This document shows, in pieces, positions 1 through 9,443 of a stretch of 64,000 bases of DNA (its first letter is position 1; every line of letters starts with the position of its first letter). Location: positions 1-64,000 of IMG/VR virus record IMGVR_UViG_3300032053_000004; one strand, given 5' to 3'. The notes below the pieces were generated by a model, which saw nothing but the letters and a program-made list of their open reading frames with translations, did not search any database and had not been told where the DNA came from. The stretch is from a virus (Duplodnaviria; Caudoviricetes). A program made the position numbers and the translations under genes.

Positions 1-875
1 CTTCCCAGACCTCCGCCGCAGGTGGAGCATCCCCCGCCGGAATCCCCCTCCCCCTCTCCTTCATGTTCCCCACCACAGTCACAAGGATCCCCATCCCCAT
101 GTCCGTGACCATCCCCAGGGGCTCCAGGAGCCTTCCCAGGGCCCTTGCCTTTATCGCCCTTCCCCTCCCCGTTGCCGGGGTCCTTTCCAGCCCCTCCCTT
201 GGCTTGGGACTTATCCTTCTTCTTAGGACCTCCAATGGCCCCGCAGGCCGGGCACTTCCGGGGGGAGTTTTTGAGATGCTTCTGGATCTCCTCATAGATG
301 GACTCCGGGGAACGCCCCTTCATCGTCTTGTCTGCGAAGATGAACCCCCCATCCTTCGGGAGGGTGTCCTTGCCGTCGATGTGATCGAGGAGATCCTTGA
401 GAGAGAGCGGCTTGCCGAGCGCCCCTTCCCAGAGATCTCCCTTGCGCTTCTGTTCGTCATGGTCCGCCTCAATGACGGCATTCACGACGTAATCCACGGC
501 CCAGTTCCAAACCTGGGGATCGCGGCCCTGGCCTCGCGGCACGTGGCTGAAAAGGACGTGGTATCCTTCGTGTTGCATGACCGTGGAGATACTCATGGCA
601 CCGAGCTTCTCCAAGAAGTCGGGGTGCCAATAGAACCTCTTGCCGTCAGTGGCAGCTGTCGTGAACTCACGCCCCCCGCTCATCTTCGTGCAGATCTCAT
701 GCGGCTTCGGAGCCGTGAGCGCGAAGAGGAATGGGTGACCTCCGTTCATGGGCTGCTGTGCGAGCTGGGTCATCGCCTTCGAGACCAACTCCTGGAGCCG
801 GACCATTCGGGCCGGGTCGTCCTTCAAGACCCCGGATGGGTCCTGTAGACGGGATGATAGCTTTGATAGACTCAT
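1..875 (-). CDS. DUF2201/VWA-like partner of MoxR ATPase, N-terminal metallopeptidase-like part (runs off window start)
   Basis: Not in the ORF track. ATG at 875 with GGAGG RBS; reads MSLSKLSSRL...TAATDGKRFYW...HEGYH (HExxH)...WNWAVDYVVN, typical of VWA-like proteins following MoxR AAA genes. Confidence 0.75.
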   Translation of the reverse strand, partial: MSLSKLSSRLQDPSGVLKDDPARMVRLQELVSKAMTQLAQQPMNGGHPFLFALTAPKPHEICTKMSGGREFTTAATDGKRFYWHPDFLEKLGAMSISTVMQHEGYHVLFSHVPRGQGRDPQVWNWAVDYVVNAVIEADHDEQKRKGDLWEGALGKPLSLKDLLDHIDGKDTLPKDGGFIFADKTMKGRSPESIYEEIQKHLKNSPRKCPACGAIGGPKKKDKSQAKGGAGKDPGNGEGKGDKGKGPGKAPGAPGDGHGHGDGDPCDCGGEHEGEGEGDSGGGCSTCGGGLG

Positions 876-921
876 GATGTGCCTCCATGGAGCGCGGGAC
901 AGAGAGCGCTCCTCACCGCCC

Positions 922-953
922 GATACGCGCGGAACCGCCGAACCTGCGACTTT
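922..953 (-). promoter_or_regulatory. Repeated early-type promoter
   Basis: AAAGTCGCAG-N16-CGTATC, GAGGAG 7 nt downstream. Confidence 0.75.
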
Positions 954-1033
954 GCCATATAATACACAGAAGAATTATGCATTTACAAGCCACCATTTAG
1001 CCATATGTAAAGATACTATATAATATCAAAATA

Positions 1034-1075
1034 CGGAACAGCCCCGAGAGAGGGAATCCTCTCGGGGCTGTTCCG
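1034..1075. terminator. Hairpin/terminator downstream of AAA ATPase
   Basis: 17-bp perfect stem CGGAACAGCCCCGAGAG/CTCTCGGGGCTGTTCCG with 8-nt loop, T-rich tail on minus strand. Confidence 0.65.
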
Positions 1076-1092
1076 GAGCGCTCAGAAGAGGC

Positions 1093-2217
1093 TCACTTGC
1101 TCTTCAGGACACCTCGGGTCCTGTTGACACACTCCATGAAACCGGGGACCTTCGTGAGACTCCAGTCTCGGATGAGATCCATGTCGAACGCGTTCTTGAT
1201 TGCGGCGATTTGGAACTCCGTGTCCTGCTTGGAGAGCCACTTCAGAACGTGCCCCGAGATCTTGTAGACCTTATCCGGGTCCTTCTTGGACTTGTTCGTC
1301 TTGTGAGCCTCATCCTGGCGGCGACACTCTTGCGAGATGGCTCCGACAGCAGAGATGCAGCAAACGATGAGGCGGTCGATGGACATGTCCGGAGGCTCAG
1401 TCCCGTCCTTAAGGAGCTTGTCCACGAGGGGCTCGATGTGACGATAGTGGTCGAGCCAGACCCGGAACTTGGCAGCGGACCCCATACCAACCCGTCCTGC
1501 GACGAGCATGGTCTGGAAGGTCGTGTCCTGGTTCCGATCCAGGGAGTCGAGATCCCTGGCTGCGAACGTCCAGCTGCGAGGGGAGGCGTGGCAATACGCC
1601 GTGGGATCTCCGTCAGCCGGGGGCAGCAAAAGCTGGTCCGGGTTTCGAGAGAGGAAACCCACCACGAGGGGATTGATGCCCGCCTTGACGGCCCACCCCT
1701 GCCATGCGTCGAAATTGGGCTGCATCTTGAAGACGGAGCACCGGTTCGTCAAGGCGTGGGAGACGGGCTGCGAGAAGGCACCTTCGTCGGGGAGGTTGCC
1801 CGTGAGCAGACACGTCTTGATGTTGAGAGCCCGCCCGTTGATGCTGTGCTCCAGGAGCACCTCCAGAAGGGGAGCCTGCAGCTCTGGACGGGCCTTATCC
1901 ACCTCGTCGAAGATGATCACGACGGGCTCGGCGTCCTTCTCAAGGGCGTCCTTGCACGGCATCCACCTCGGTGAGGCATAATCTGCCCACTTCTTGTCCT
2001 CCGAAATCACCGGAAGTCCGATGAAATCAGGGGCCTCCAGAACGGAGAGATCCACGTAAACGTACTTGTTCCCCGTCTCGACGGCCGCTTGCTGCGCCAT
2101 CTGGGTCTTGCCGGATCCAGCCGGTGCGAAGACCATGATGTTTGCGCCCGTCCTGCATCCGAACTTGTATACGTCCAAGAGCGTGCTCTGATCAACCTCG
2201 TGAATACCGCTGAGCAT
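1093..2217 (-). CDS. MoxR-like AAA+ ATPase
   Basis: Walker A APAGSGKT, Walker B IIFDEVDK, GNLPDEG, ALTNR, SPRSW motifs. Confidence 0.88.
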   Translation of the reverse strand: MLSGIHEVDQSTLLDVYKFGCRTGANIMVFAPAGSGKTQMAQQAAVETGNKYVYVDLSVLEAPDFIGLPVISEDKKWADYASPRWMPCKDALEKDAEPVVIIFDEVDKARPELQAPLLEVLLEHSINGRALNIKTCLLTGNLPDEGAFSQPVSHALTNRCSVFKMQPNFDAWQGWAVKAGINPLVVGFLSRNPDQLLLPPADGDPTAYCHASPRSWTFAARDLDSLDRNQDTTFQTMLVAGRVGMGSAAKFRVWLDHYRHIEPLVDKLLKDGTEPPDMSIDRLIVCCISAVGAISQECRRQDEAHKTNKSKKDPDKVYKISGHVLKWLSKQDTEFQIAAIKNAFDMDLIRDWSLTKVPGFMECVNRTRGVLKSK

Positions 2218-2263
2218 GATTAGTGTCCCTTTGTGAAAGGAGCGGACTGCCCGCCCAGCGCCC

Positions 2264-2295
2264 GATACGCGCCCAGCGCCCCGGCTTGCGTCTTT
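2264..2295 (-). promoter_or_regulatory. Repeated early-type promoter
   Basis: AAAGACGCAAG...CGTATC upstream of AAA ATPase. Confidence 0.75.
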
Positions 2296-2320
2296 GCCAT
2301 ATGATTGGTCGAATTATACA

Positions 2321-2530
2321 TTAAGAAGAGAGTACTTCATTCGCACGATACTCTTCTGAAACTTTTTCAAGTTCATGCTCCCGAAATTCTATTGGATTAA
2401 TACGACCACCCCACCATATAAATACTGAATAACCATTTGGGGTTTTCACGTTTATACGACCATATTTATCATCCCAGTCCCTTAAGGCAGGCTTTTCGAA
2501 TCGAACAGGGTCACCATTATTAAATTTCAT
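2321..2530 (-). CDS. Small SH3/KOW-like hypothetical protein with C-terminal tag
   Basis: MKFNNGDPVRF...; ends YRANEVLSS. Confidence 0.7.
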   Translation of the reverse strand: MKFNNGDPVRFEKPALRDWDDKYGRINVKTPNGYSVFIWWGGRINPIEFREHELEKVSEEYRANEVLSS

Positions 2531-2565
2531 GCTTCTTTGAATCTGACGACAATCATATAAAAGTT

Positions 2566-3210
2566 CTAACTGTCAACGACTCTTTCGCAGAGATATTCGT
2601 TAACTGCTTCTTGGACAACATCCTCGGAGACCTCCTTATACTTCCTGAGAGACGCCTTGATCTCTTCCATGGCCTGGCGTGACAATGCCATCCGGCCTTT
2701 CTTTGCAAATTCCTCGGATTGTTCAAGACGTGCCATTTCGGCTTCGAGATCATTGGCTTTGTTGACGAAATTCTCATTCAGGCCATCTCCATACCACTGG
2801 TCAAAGAGATACTTCGCCAGATCCACCTTTTCACGCTTACAATTGTAAGTAGGGCAATCCTTCTGACCGAAGTGTGTTCGGACGATGCGCTCGCAGATGG
2901 GCGTGATGCTCTCTTTAAGCTCCGCCTTCAAGGGCTCCTTTACGGATCCATACGAAATGTTTCGTTCCACGAAAACAGGTATGTCCTCGACGATATCCGT
3001 CTCCATTCGCATCTTGAATAGATGAGTTGTGGTGGCATTCCAGGTATTCACATGGAATGTATATCCCACGATTTTGGCAGTTCTGACTCTATGGTTCAGG
3101 ATTTCCGGGATCTCCTTCGACTCCGGGACACTCCCGAGAATCGTGAGTACCTTGTAATATGAAGAATTCGGAAGGATGGGTTTGGGCTCAGAGTTTTTTC
3201 GACGGCTCAT
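2566..3210 (-). CDS. Hypothetical protein with C-terminal tag
   Basis: Start moved to ATG 3210 (GGAGG RBS, promoter); ends LCERVVDS. Confidence 0.75.
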   Translation of the reverse strand: MSRRKNSEPKPILPNSSYYKVLTILGSVPESKEIPEILNHRVRTAKIVGYTFHVNTWNATTTHLFKMRMETDIVEDIPVFVERNISYGSVKEPLKAELKESITPICERIVRTHFGQKDCPTYNCKREKVDLAKYLFDQWYGDGLNENFVNKANDLEAEMARLEQSEEFAKKGRMALSRQAMEEIKASLRKYKEVSEDVVQEAVNEYLCERVVDS

Positions 3211-3230
3211 ATGGAATACCTCCGGCACCC

Positions 3231-3262
3231 GATACGCGCCCAGCGCCCCGGCTTGCGCCTTT
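3231..3262 (-). promoter_or_regulatory. Repeated early-type promoter
   Basis: AAAGGCGCAAG...CGTATC-N7-GGAGG. Confidence 0.8.
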
Positions 3263-3995
3263 CCTGAGTTTCCTTTGGGGTTTCTTTTGTCTTTTGAAGC
3301 ATATGGGCTATTTCGATACCTTCGGAGCGGAAAGGCCAAGGAAAGTCAAAGGAATAACTTAAACTTTCGGAATTCCGATTTCCTGGTTTTCGTTGTACAG
3401 TTCCTTCGCAAGACGAAGAACTGCGGGGTTTAAAGACCCCGACTTGGTAAGGCAATTAGAATCTTCAATCATTCAATTTCTTACCTAGTTCCTGAGGACA
3501 GAGGATAACCAAGAAGATCGAGAAGACAGTTTGAAATTTAAAGAGTGATTGAACCTAACTCTTTAAATTTCACCCTAAAGATACCGGTGAAAAACCCGTT
3601 CTTTCTTAGGGAAAGAAAAAGAAATTTTTCTTTTATTTTCTTCCTTTCAAATTTTTCGTCTCGCTTTTCAAAGAAAAACGGAAACGAAGTCTGATCGTGA
3701 AACGATAAGAGATCCAGAAGTAGTAGTAGAAGTGAACCGGGATGAGAAGGATTTAGTAGAGAGTCGAGTTCTAACTCGTTGTGGAATATTGGATAGGAAT
3801 GAATCAAGCGTTTCTTTGGTCTTAGAGGATTTGAAATATTGGGAAATTGTTGAATCGCTGATTGAAACTTTAGATGTCTTAAAAGTTCGAGGAGTATCTA
3901 TGAATGATCCGACATATGCTCGGGCTTCAAATGTACTTCTGAAAGTATTAAACCGGATTTATTAATAGTTAAATTTTCTTTGAAAGAATGGGAGT

Positions 3996-4394
3996 ATGGC
4001 GAGCACTGCAACCGTTACCGTAAGTATTGTTTATACCCCTCCTTCAGCTCCAACCAACTCTGGAACCGTTAGTTTAACGGTCCCGGTGTCACTAGATGCA
4101 CAGAACGTGGGGCAGATTGATATACCCGCTTCTACGGCCCCAGCAACAGCCTTGGCCATTCCATTCGGTTCAGTAAATTCGGCCCGAATAATTTTAGTTA
4201 AAAATTTAACTTCTCAAGAATTGGTTTTGAAGCTAAATGGCGGCTTAGCCATTTCTAATATAACAGCAAACGGCGAGTTCCTTTACGTTTGTCCGACAGA
4301 TCCTCTCGCCTTACCGATGTCTTCAGCGTCCCTCACGACTACTGCGGCCTTCCTCGGCCCTGAGTCGTTGCAATACTGGATATTCGGGACCTGA
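3996..4394 (+). CDS. Beta-rich hypothetical protein, possibly structural
   Basis: GGGAG RBS; Thr/Ser/Ala/Val-rich 132 aa. Confidence 0.6.
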   Translation: MASTATVTVSIVYTPPSAPTNSGTVSLTVPVSLDAQNVGQIDIPASTAPATALAIPFGSVNSARIILVKNLTSQELVLKLNGGLAISNITANGEFLYVCPTDPLALPMSSASLTTTAAFLGPESLQYWIFGT

Positions 4395-4395
4395 T

Positions 4396-4623
4396 CTAAC
4401 CACAGTTGCAGACGTCGCCGCCAGGAGGTTGTCCCTCCAGCCGACACCACGCCTGCTTGACGCGGTAACAGAGCGAACGGCACTGGACGTCGCCCTGGCA
4501 CTGCGCGACGCACGACGAGCAGGCACGCGATGCCTGTTCCCGCCCGCTCGGTTCCGTCGCCGCGACAGGCGCCAGCAGCAGGACGAACAGCAGACAGGGG
4601 ACGACGGAGCGGTTCGGTTTCAT
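4396..4623 (-). CDS. Secreted cysteine-rich peptide
   Basis: MKPNRSVVPCLLFVLLLAPVAA signal-like N-terminus followed by 8 Cys (CSSCVAQC..C..LC..C..CNC). Confidence 0.55.
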   Translation of the reverse strand: MKPNRSVVPCLLFVLLLAPVAATEPSGREQASRACSSCVAQCQGDVQCRSLCYRVKQAWCRLEGQPPGGDVCNCG

Positions 4624-4653
4624 CTTGTTTTCTACGCAGTGCATGCCGTAGAT

Positions 4654-4950
4654 TTACGCTTTATAGCGTATATCTGATCTATATTTATTGGTATCTTCCG
4701 CCTCGATCATGGCGTACTCGAGGTGGTCGAGTATTTCGTAAATTGATTTCGACTGCTGAATTCCTGACTTGAGCCCTTGGGTTATTTTACCCTGTGTTTC
4801 AAGGTTTATATTTGGGCTACCTGTAATTTGTCCGACTTCTTTCGCCATGTCATCTAAAATAGAGTAACCTTCGATTTCGCCTTTGGCTTCGAAAAGCCTG
4901 CGTCTCGCGTTATTGAAGATGCACTGAATCAGAATCCGATTGACATTCAT
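4654..4950 (-). CDS. Hypothetical protein
   Basis: Translationally coupled to upstream ORF. Confidence 0.55.
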   Translation of the reverse strand: MNVNRILIQCIFNNARRRLFEAKGEIEGYSILDDMAKEVGQITGSPNINLETQGKITQGLKSGIQQSKSIYEILDHLEYAMIEAEDTNKYRSDIRYKA

Positions 4951-5366
4951 GCGTTTACAACTTCCTCAGCTTCACAGATTTCAATGTGATTTTTAATTTG
5001 AAGTTCACGAAATATGATTTGACTGGTCTTCGAAGCTTCAATCTGTTCAGCGAGTCTCTGGATCCAGAATTCCGGAACGTAGGAACTGTGAACGAGAGAT
5101 ATGAGATGATTGGCTGCGCTGAGTGGCGTCAAATCTTGATATTTTTTATATTTACCCATATAAACTTTATCCCACGCAAGACTTGCATGGGCGAGGTGGA
5201 TTGGAACTAATAAATCCGAACGATTAGCCCAATTTCGGCCTACTCTTAAGAGTAGGAGTCCTCGTTGCTTGTCGCGGAACTTTAAGAGTCCGATAATCGG
5301 TCCTTTGTCGATTTTACTCATGATCTGGTTAACCTTCGACAACTTCTCTAGCCATCTCTTGTTCAA
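4947..5366 (-). CDS. Hypothetical protein with C-terminal tag (paralog of 5329..5691)
   Basis: Shares KGPIIG..KFR and FRELQ.K..IE with next ORF; ends EAEEVVNA. Confidence 0.7.
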   Translation of the reverse strand: MNKRWLEKLSKVNQIMSKIDKGPIIGLLKFRDKQRGLLLLRVGRNWANRSDLLVPIHLAHASLAWDKVYMGKYKKYQDLTPLSAANHLISLVHSSYVPEFWIQRLAEQIEASKTSQIIFRELQIKNHIEICEAEEVVNA

Positions 5367-5691
5367 TGAAAGTTTTCAATTGAAGTTCACGAAATGTTAT
5401 CTGCTTAGTTTTTATCGAAACGATATATGCGGCAAATCGTTTGGTTATTTCTTTCCCAGAGTGTTCGTTTTGGACTCCTCCGACTTCATATAGAAGACGA
5501 TAAGCCGCATCGAATGGAGTCAGGTTTTCTCTTAAACTAAAACCTACTCGATAAGACGCGTTTCTTATTTTTAAATCAACACGCCACCCCCACCCCGTGG
5601 GATATAGATTTCGTTCCTTTATTCGGAATTTTACTATTCCGATAATCGGACCCTTAATTTTGTCAGGGTTACCCCAGAACGGATTATTCAT
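5329..5691 (-). CDS. Hypothetical protein with C-terminal tag (paralog of 4947..5366)
   Basis: KGPIIGIVKFR...FRELQLKTFIE; ends MAREVVEG. Confidence 0.7.
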   Translation of the reverse strand: MNNPFWGNPDKIKGPIIGIVKFRIKERNLYPTGWGWRVDLKIRNASYRVGFSLRENLTPFDAAYRLLYEVGGVQNEHSGKEITKRFAAYIVSIKTKQITFRELQLKTFIEQEMAREVVEG

Positions 5692-6754
5692 AATCCCGCT
5701 TTATGATGAACGTCGGGTTCCTGGGAACCTGGTCCTTGGTCAGCTCGAAGAACCGGTATGTGATCTTGGAGCCGATGGCTGGTGGATTATTCCAGGTCTT
5801 CGCGTCGAGACCCGATCCGACCTTGAACACCACTCCGGCAGGGACGTTGACGGTCTTTCCTCCAACTTTCAGGAGCATGGCGTGGGTGATGCATTCGAGA
5901 GCGCCTGTCGTTCCGACGCGGTTCCCGGTCTTTCCGGCCTTCCCCGCCGTATGTCCCGTGACGGTGGCCTCAGAATCGAAAAAGGATTTCACCTTCAGGA
6001 TGTTATGAGACCTCCCCATCTCGTGGAGCGACCTGGGCTTGCGAATCATCAGGCCTTCTCCGCCGAGAGACTCGATCCTTTCGAGCTCCTGCCTGAGATG
6101 GACGACTCCCGCGCAGGGGACCTGCTCCACGACCTTCACGTGAGCCGGGAGACTTTCCTTCGCGAGGAGAGCGAACCTGTCCTCGATCGGGAGATTCGGC
6201 ACCGGCCGGTCGAAGACCATGTAGGTGATGGCTTTCCAGCGATCCGACTTATCTTGAGTCTTGACGATAGAGACAGTCTCCTGGAGCTTCCCTCTTCCGA
6301 GGAAGAGTTCCCCGTCGAGAGCGTAGTCCGGCATCCCGGCCTTGAACCAGTCGGGGGCGTAGAAGATATTGCTCTTCTTCGTCGTAGCGTTCTCGCGCGA
6401 CCAGAACTCCTTTCCGTCCCAAATGGCTCGAAGCCCATCGTACTTTTCCGACATATGCCAGCCCTTCGGATCCATTTCGCCGTCCCAAGAGTGGGCAAGC
6501 AGACAGTTGCCTCGACTGGTACCTCCAGATACCTTGGACGTCGCCGTGGAGATCGCCTGGGTTGGAGCGGGGGCGGGAGTCCCCGAACGATAGGGCTTCG
6601 TGTGTTTGCACGCCTTTTGATCGACCGTCCCTGGACAATTCCTCCATCCAGGGCAGGTACACGAGAAAATAACCCCGTCAACGTTCTTCACTTTATAGGG
6701 ATCCCGGGCGGAACCCTGGACCAAAACAGTCTCACCGATAGATAGATTGGGCAT
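5684..6754 (-). CDS. lig: ATP-dependent DNA ligase with N-terminal SWIM-type zinc finger
   Basis: Motif I SEKYDGLRAIW, LDGELF, MVFD, GEGLM, LKVK; N-terminal CTC..W....ACKH. Confidence 0.92.
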   Translation of the reverse strand: MPNLSIGETVLVQGSARDPYKVKNVDGVIFSCTCPGWRNCPGTVDQKACKHTKPYRSGTPAPAPTQAISTATSKVSGGTSRGNCLLAHSWDGEMDPKGWHMSEKYDGLRAIWDGKEFWSRENATTKKSNIFYAPDWFKAGMPDYALDGELFLGRGKLQETVSIVKTQDKSDRWKAITYMVFDRPVPNLPIEDRFALLAKESLPAHVKVVEQVPCAGVVHLRQELERIESLGGEGLMIRKPRSLHEMGRSHNILKVKSFFDSEATVTGHTAGKAGKTGNRVGTTGALECITHAMLLKVGGKTVNVPAGVVFKVGSGLDAKTWNNPPAIGSKITYRFFELTKDQVPRNPTFIIKRDYE

Positions 6755-6773
6755 GCGTGGCACCTCGTTCCCC

Positions 6774-6805
6774 GATACGCGACAACCCGACGCGCTTCCG
6801 CCTCG
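6774..6805 (-). promoter_or_regulatory. Repeated early-type promoter
   Basis: GAGGCGGAAG...CGTATC-N7-GAGG. Confidence 0.75.
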
Positions 6806-6817
6806 GCGAGAAAATTA

Positions 6818-7081
6818 CTAGCTTTCTAGAAGTTCTTGGGTGTGGTCTTCGTCGTAATTGTCGTAGACGAGCTTATACTCGAAATTTGGAGGAAAGTCGA
6901 AGACGGGCTGGCCGTTATCAGCGTCCATCATTTCATATTCAGGCGAATCTCCATCCTTAATATGAATTGTCCCATATCTCCTAATTTCAACTGATAGATT
7001 GAGCTCGTGGAGAAGTGCAAACACCTTTTCGAGTTTCTGGCTCGTCGGATGTTTGTCCGTTAGACGCGTTCTTTTTGGCAT
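6818..7081 (-). CDS. Hypothetical protein with C-terminal tag
   Basis: ATG abuts tRNA-Arg 3' end; ends HTQELLES. Confidence 0.65.
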   Translation of the reverse strand: MPKRTRLTDKHPTSQKLEKVFALLHELNLSVEIRRYGTIHIKDGDSPEYEMMDADNGQPVFDFPPNFEYKLVYDNYDEDHTQELLES

Positions 7082-7083
7082 AG

Positions 7084-7158
7084 TACCCCTGGCAGGGCTC
7101 GAACCTGCGACCGTGGCCTTAGAAAGACCCTGCTCTGATCCAACTGAGCTACAGGGGC
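7084..7158 (-). tRNA. tRNA-Arg(TCT)
   Basis: Cloverleaf GCCCCTG...GGTTCGAGCC...CAGGGGT-A, loop TTTCTAA; followed by CTA, not CCA. Confidence 0.9.
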
Positions 7159-7225
7159 GAAAACACAGACACCCACTAAGAGTTTTACACTCCCAGTGGG
7201 TGAATCTGCAAGTTTTGCACAGTCT

Positions 7226-7474
7226 TCAGTCGCGTGGCGAGGGCTTCCGGATCTTGAACTTCACGTAGACCGGGGCCTCGGTGTCGCCGTCTGCCGGAAC
7301 GTTCACGATGCAGGCAAGCGAGAAAAACGGGCCGAGTGGAATCGTGAACGTGATGAGTTCCCCTCCGACGTTGTTTGCCTTGATGGTTCCGGTCACCGTC
7401 AGCTGAGGGTCGTTGGTCTTGGTACGGGGATGTTCGTTGTTTTCGGGAATATTGATATTGGTCGGGTCGATCAT
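7226..7474 (-). CDS. Hypothetical protein
   Basis: Promoter plus GGAGG RBS. Confidence 0.7.
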   Translation of the reverse strand: MIDPTNINIPENNEHPRTKTNDPQLTVTGTIKANNVGGELITFTIPLGPFFSLACIVNVPADGDTEAPVYVKFKIRKPSPRD

Positions 7475-7496
7475 AGCTGGTTAGCCTCCACTCCCC

Positions 7497-7528
7497 GATA
7501 CGCAGCGGCCGGTCCGATTTCCGCCCGT
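7497..7528 (-). promoter_or_regulatory. Repeated early-type promoter
   Basis: GGGCGGAAAT...CGTATC-N7-GGAGG. Confidence 0.8.
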
Positions 7529-7549
7529 CTTATGCCGTATATTTTTGGA

Positions 7550-7858
7550 TTATATATCCAATCCCGTTAAATTCCGGGCCATAGCAGCATTTTCCACCCG
7601 GAGTCTCAATTTACTCCATCCGATAGACCCGAGACTCTCCATCAGTGACTGAGGAGAAATTCTGGTTCCAGTATTGAGGTCAATGACTGACCCTACATGG
7701 AAAGAATCTGGATCTATATAAGCTTCAATACGATAATTGCAATTTTGAAAAGACTCGTATACCGTAACGGTGCTGCCGATTTTTGCGATTCGATTCGCGA
7801 TTTTTCGTATGTTAGGGGCCACCGGATAGCAACTTCGCAAAATGAAACGCAATTTCAC
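7550..7858 (-). CDS. Hypothetical protein with N-terminal KIAxRIA motif (true start may be GTG ~7821)
   Basis: PNIRKIANRIAKI. Confidence 0.55.
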   Translation of the reverse strand: MKLRFILRSCYPVAPNIRKIANRIAKIGSTVTVYESFQNCNYRIEAYIDPDSFHVGSVIDLNTGTRISPQSLMESLGSIGWSKLRLRVENAAMARNLTGLDI

Positions 7859-8099
7859 TCATCGGAGGATTTGGGACTTGTACCCAGACCATCTGTCCGT
7901 GTTGGTTTCGCTTCGTGAAAACCGAAAGCCGTTCGTGTTCCAACACGACGCGAAGCGTGCCCCACACCATGCCGAGTCGAATATCCCAGTGCGCGTCTCC
8001 CGTGGGGTCGTCGTCGGGCTCAAGCGGCTCGGACGAGCCGTAGTCCCGACGCTCCGTGAGCGGCTGGGAGAGCGAACTGGCGATTCTCTTCAGGTTCAT
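7812..8099 (-). CDS. Hypothetical protein with N-terminal motif
   Basis: AGGAG RBS; MNLKRIASSLS. Confidence 0.6.
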   Translation of the reverse strand: MNLKRIASSLSQPLTERRDYGSSEPLEPDDDPTGDAHWDIRLGMVWGTLRVVLEHERLSVFTKRNQHGQMVWVQVPNPPMSEIAFHFAKLLSGGP

Positions 8100-8150
8100 C
8101 TTAGCTCCTTTATTAAAACTCAGACACCAATTGGTGTCAATTTCCGTATT

Positions 8151-8393
8151 TCATGAATCAAGAAGAAGAGCAGTTTGATACTCATCTTCGGAAATTTCTT
8201 CAAGAGCTACAAACTTGTAACTAGCGAATATTCCTCTGTTAAATCGAACAGTGACGTCTTCGTGAGGGTTAATGGTACAGCAGATCCCTACAGAACCCGG
8301 AGGGAACGAGAATTTTTCGTTATTCTTTCCCGTGTCCAATCTCCAAGTCACCACTTGGTGCACGAGAGTACGGACTTTTGAACCGTTATCCAT
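8151..8393 (-). CDS. SH3-like hypothetical protein with C-terminal tag
   Basis: MDNGSKVRT...; ends EYQTALLLDS. Confidence 0.65.
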   Translation of the reverse strand: MDNGSKVRTLVHQVVTWRLDTGKNNEKFSFPPGSVGICCTINPHEDVTVRFNRGIFASYKFVALEEISEDEYQTALLLDS

Positions 8394-8470
8394 CTGAACC
8401 GCATTTCATGTAAATTAGTGGGCGGCGAGTGGATATTCCGTGGAATATACGGCACCCGCCGCCAGTATAT

Positions 8471-8502
8471 GATACGTCAGACTGTCGTCAGTTTGCGGCT
8501 TA
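8471..8502 (-). promoter_or_regulatory. Repeated early-type promoter with 5' leader hairpin
   Basis: AAGCCGCAAA-N-CGTATC; predicted transcript starts in GGCGGCGGGTG...CACTCGCCGCC stem (8420-8463). Confidence 0.7.
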
Positions 8503-8744
8503 ACTAAATTATTAATTGAAGCTGTAAAGTCGACCCCGATGCTTGTACCCGGTCACAGCTACATGAACCACATAAATAATATCATTCTTCTTTCTCGAAA
8601 ACTCGTAGACCAGATGGAAGCTGATAAACACATGGACCAACCGGAACTTCTCGAGGTCCAGCTTTTAAAAGCCATTCTCGATTATGACCAACATATGAAT
8701 TGGGATAACCCTGCTATCGTTGATGACGATGGGGAAGTTTAGCT

Positions 8745-8776
8745 AAAGCCGCAAACCGGAGCCCGCCCGACGTATC
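8745..8776 (+). promoter_or_regulatory. Repeated early-type promoter
   Basis: AAAGCCGCAAA...CGTATC-N7-AGGAGG. Confidence 0.8.
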
Positions 8777-8796
8777 AGGACGCAGGAGGCCGCTCT

Positions 8797-9117
8797 ATGA
8801 TTCAAATTCGTGTTAAGGATATCCTGACGGAAGAGGCTCGCTTGGGGGATCGTTATTCAGCGATCGTGCTCAGGAACGAGATCGAGAAGAACTGGAACCC
8901 CATCCAGCAGGATGAGGAGATCGAAATCGACTTCGAGGGAGCCGAGTTCAACAACTACGACTTCGTCGATGAGTGTTTCTACGTTCTGATGGTCCAGAAC
9001 GGGAAGGAAGAGTTCGATAGGCTCATCCGTCCAATCAACCTCTGTGAGCAGGACCAGAAGTGCTACAACGCCTTCCTCACAGGGAAGTACAAACACCGGT
9101 ACAAAGGCGGATTTTAG
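8797..9117 (+). CDS. STAS-like (DUF4325-type) protein
   Basis: R..A..LR..IE......IEIDFEG......FVDECF..L pattern. Confidence 0.65.
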   Translation: MIQIRVKDILTEEARLGDRYSAIVLRNEIEKNWNPIQQDEEIEIDFEGAEFNNYDFVDECFYVLMVQNGKEEFDRLIRPINLCEQDQKCYNAFLTGKYKHRYKGGF

Positions 9118-9120
9118 GAA

Positions 9121-9393
9121 ATGCCACGGGTTTCAGTCAAAGGACCCCCAGGGTCCGGAAAAATCGATCTCATACTGAAAGGTTTGGAATCTGCGGGAAT
9201 GCCGACGCAAGTGGTTTCTTGCGATCAATTGGGTCCCGTGGACATCCATAACTTCAAATCTAGATTTAAAGGAGCAGTTTTCATTCTTGACAACTTCGAT
9301 CGGCTGTCAGAATCTAATCAAGACTGTCTTCTTCGAAAGATAAAGGAGCGGAACTCTTCCAATCTCGTGTTTACTGTCGAAACTGAAGCGTGA
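9121..9393 (+). CDS. Small P-loop-like protein (AAA fragment)
   Basis: KGPPGSGK and FILDNFD Walker-like motifs in only 90 aa. Confidence 0.45.
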   Translation: MPRVSVKGPPGSGKIDLILKGLESAGMPTQVVSCDQLGPVDIHNFKSRFKGAVFILDNFDRLSESNQDCLLRKIKERNSSNLVFTVETEA

Positions 9394-9424
9394 AAGCCGC
9401 AAGCCGGGCGCGCTCCCGCGTATC
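9393..9424 (+). promoter_or_regulatory. Repeated early-type promoter
   Basis: AAAGCCGCAAG...CGTATC-N7-GGAGG. Confidence 0.8.
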
Positions 9425-9443
9425 GGGGAGTGGAGGTTCGTCT

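Noticed and set aside
63-6745. Long plus-strand ORFs 63..848, 1210..1974, 1469..1981, 5597..6745
   Set aside because: Antisense shadows of GC3-biased minus-strand genes (VWA-like, AAA ATPase, ligase); no RBS or family motifs.
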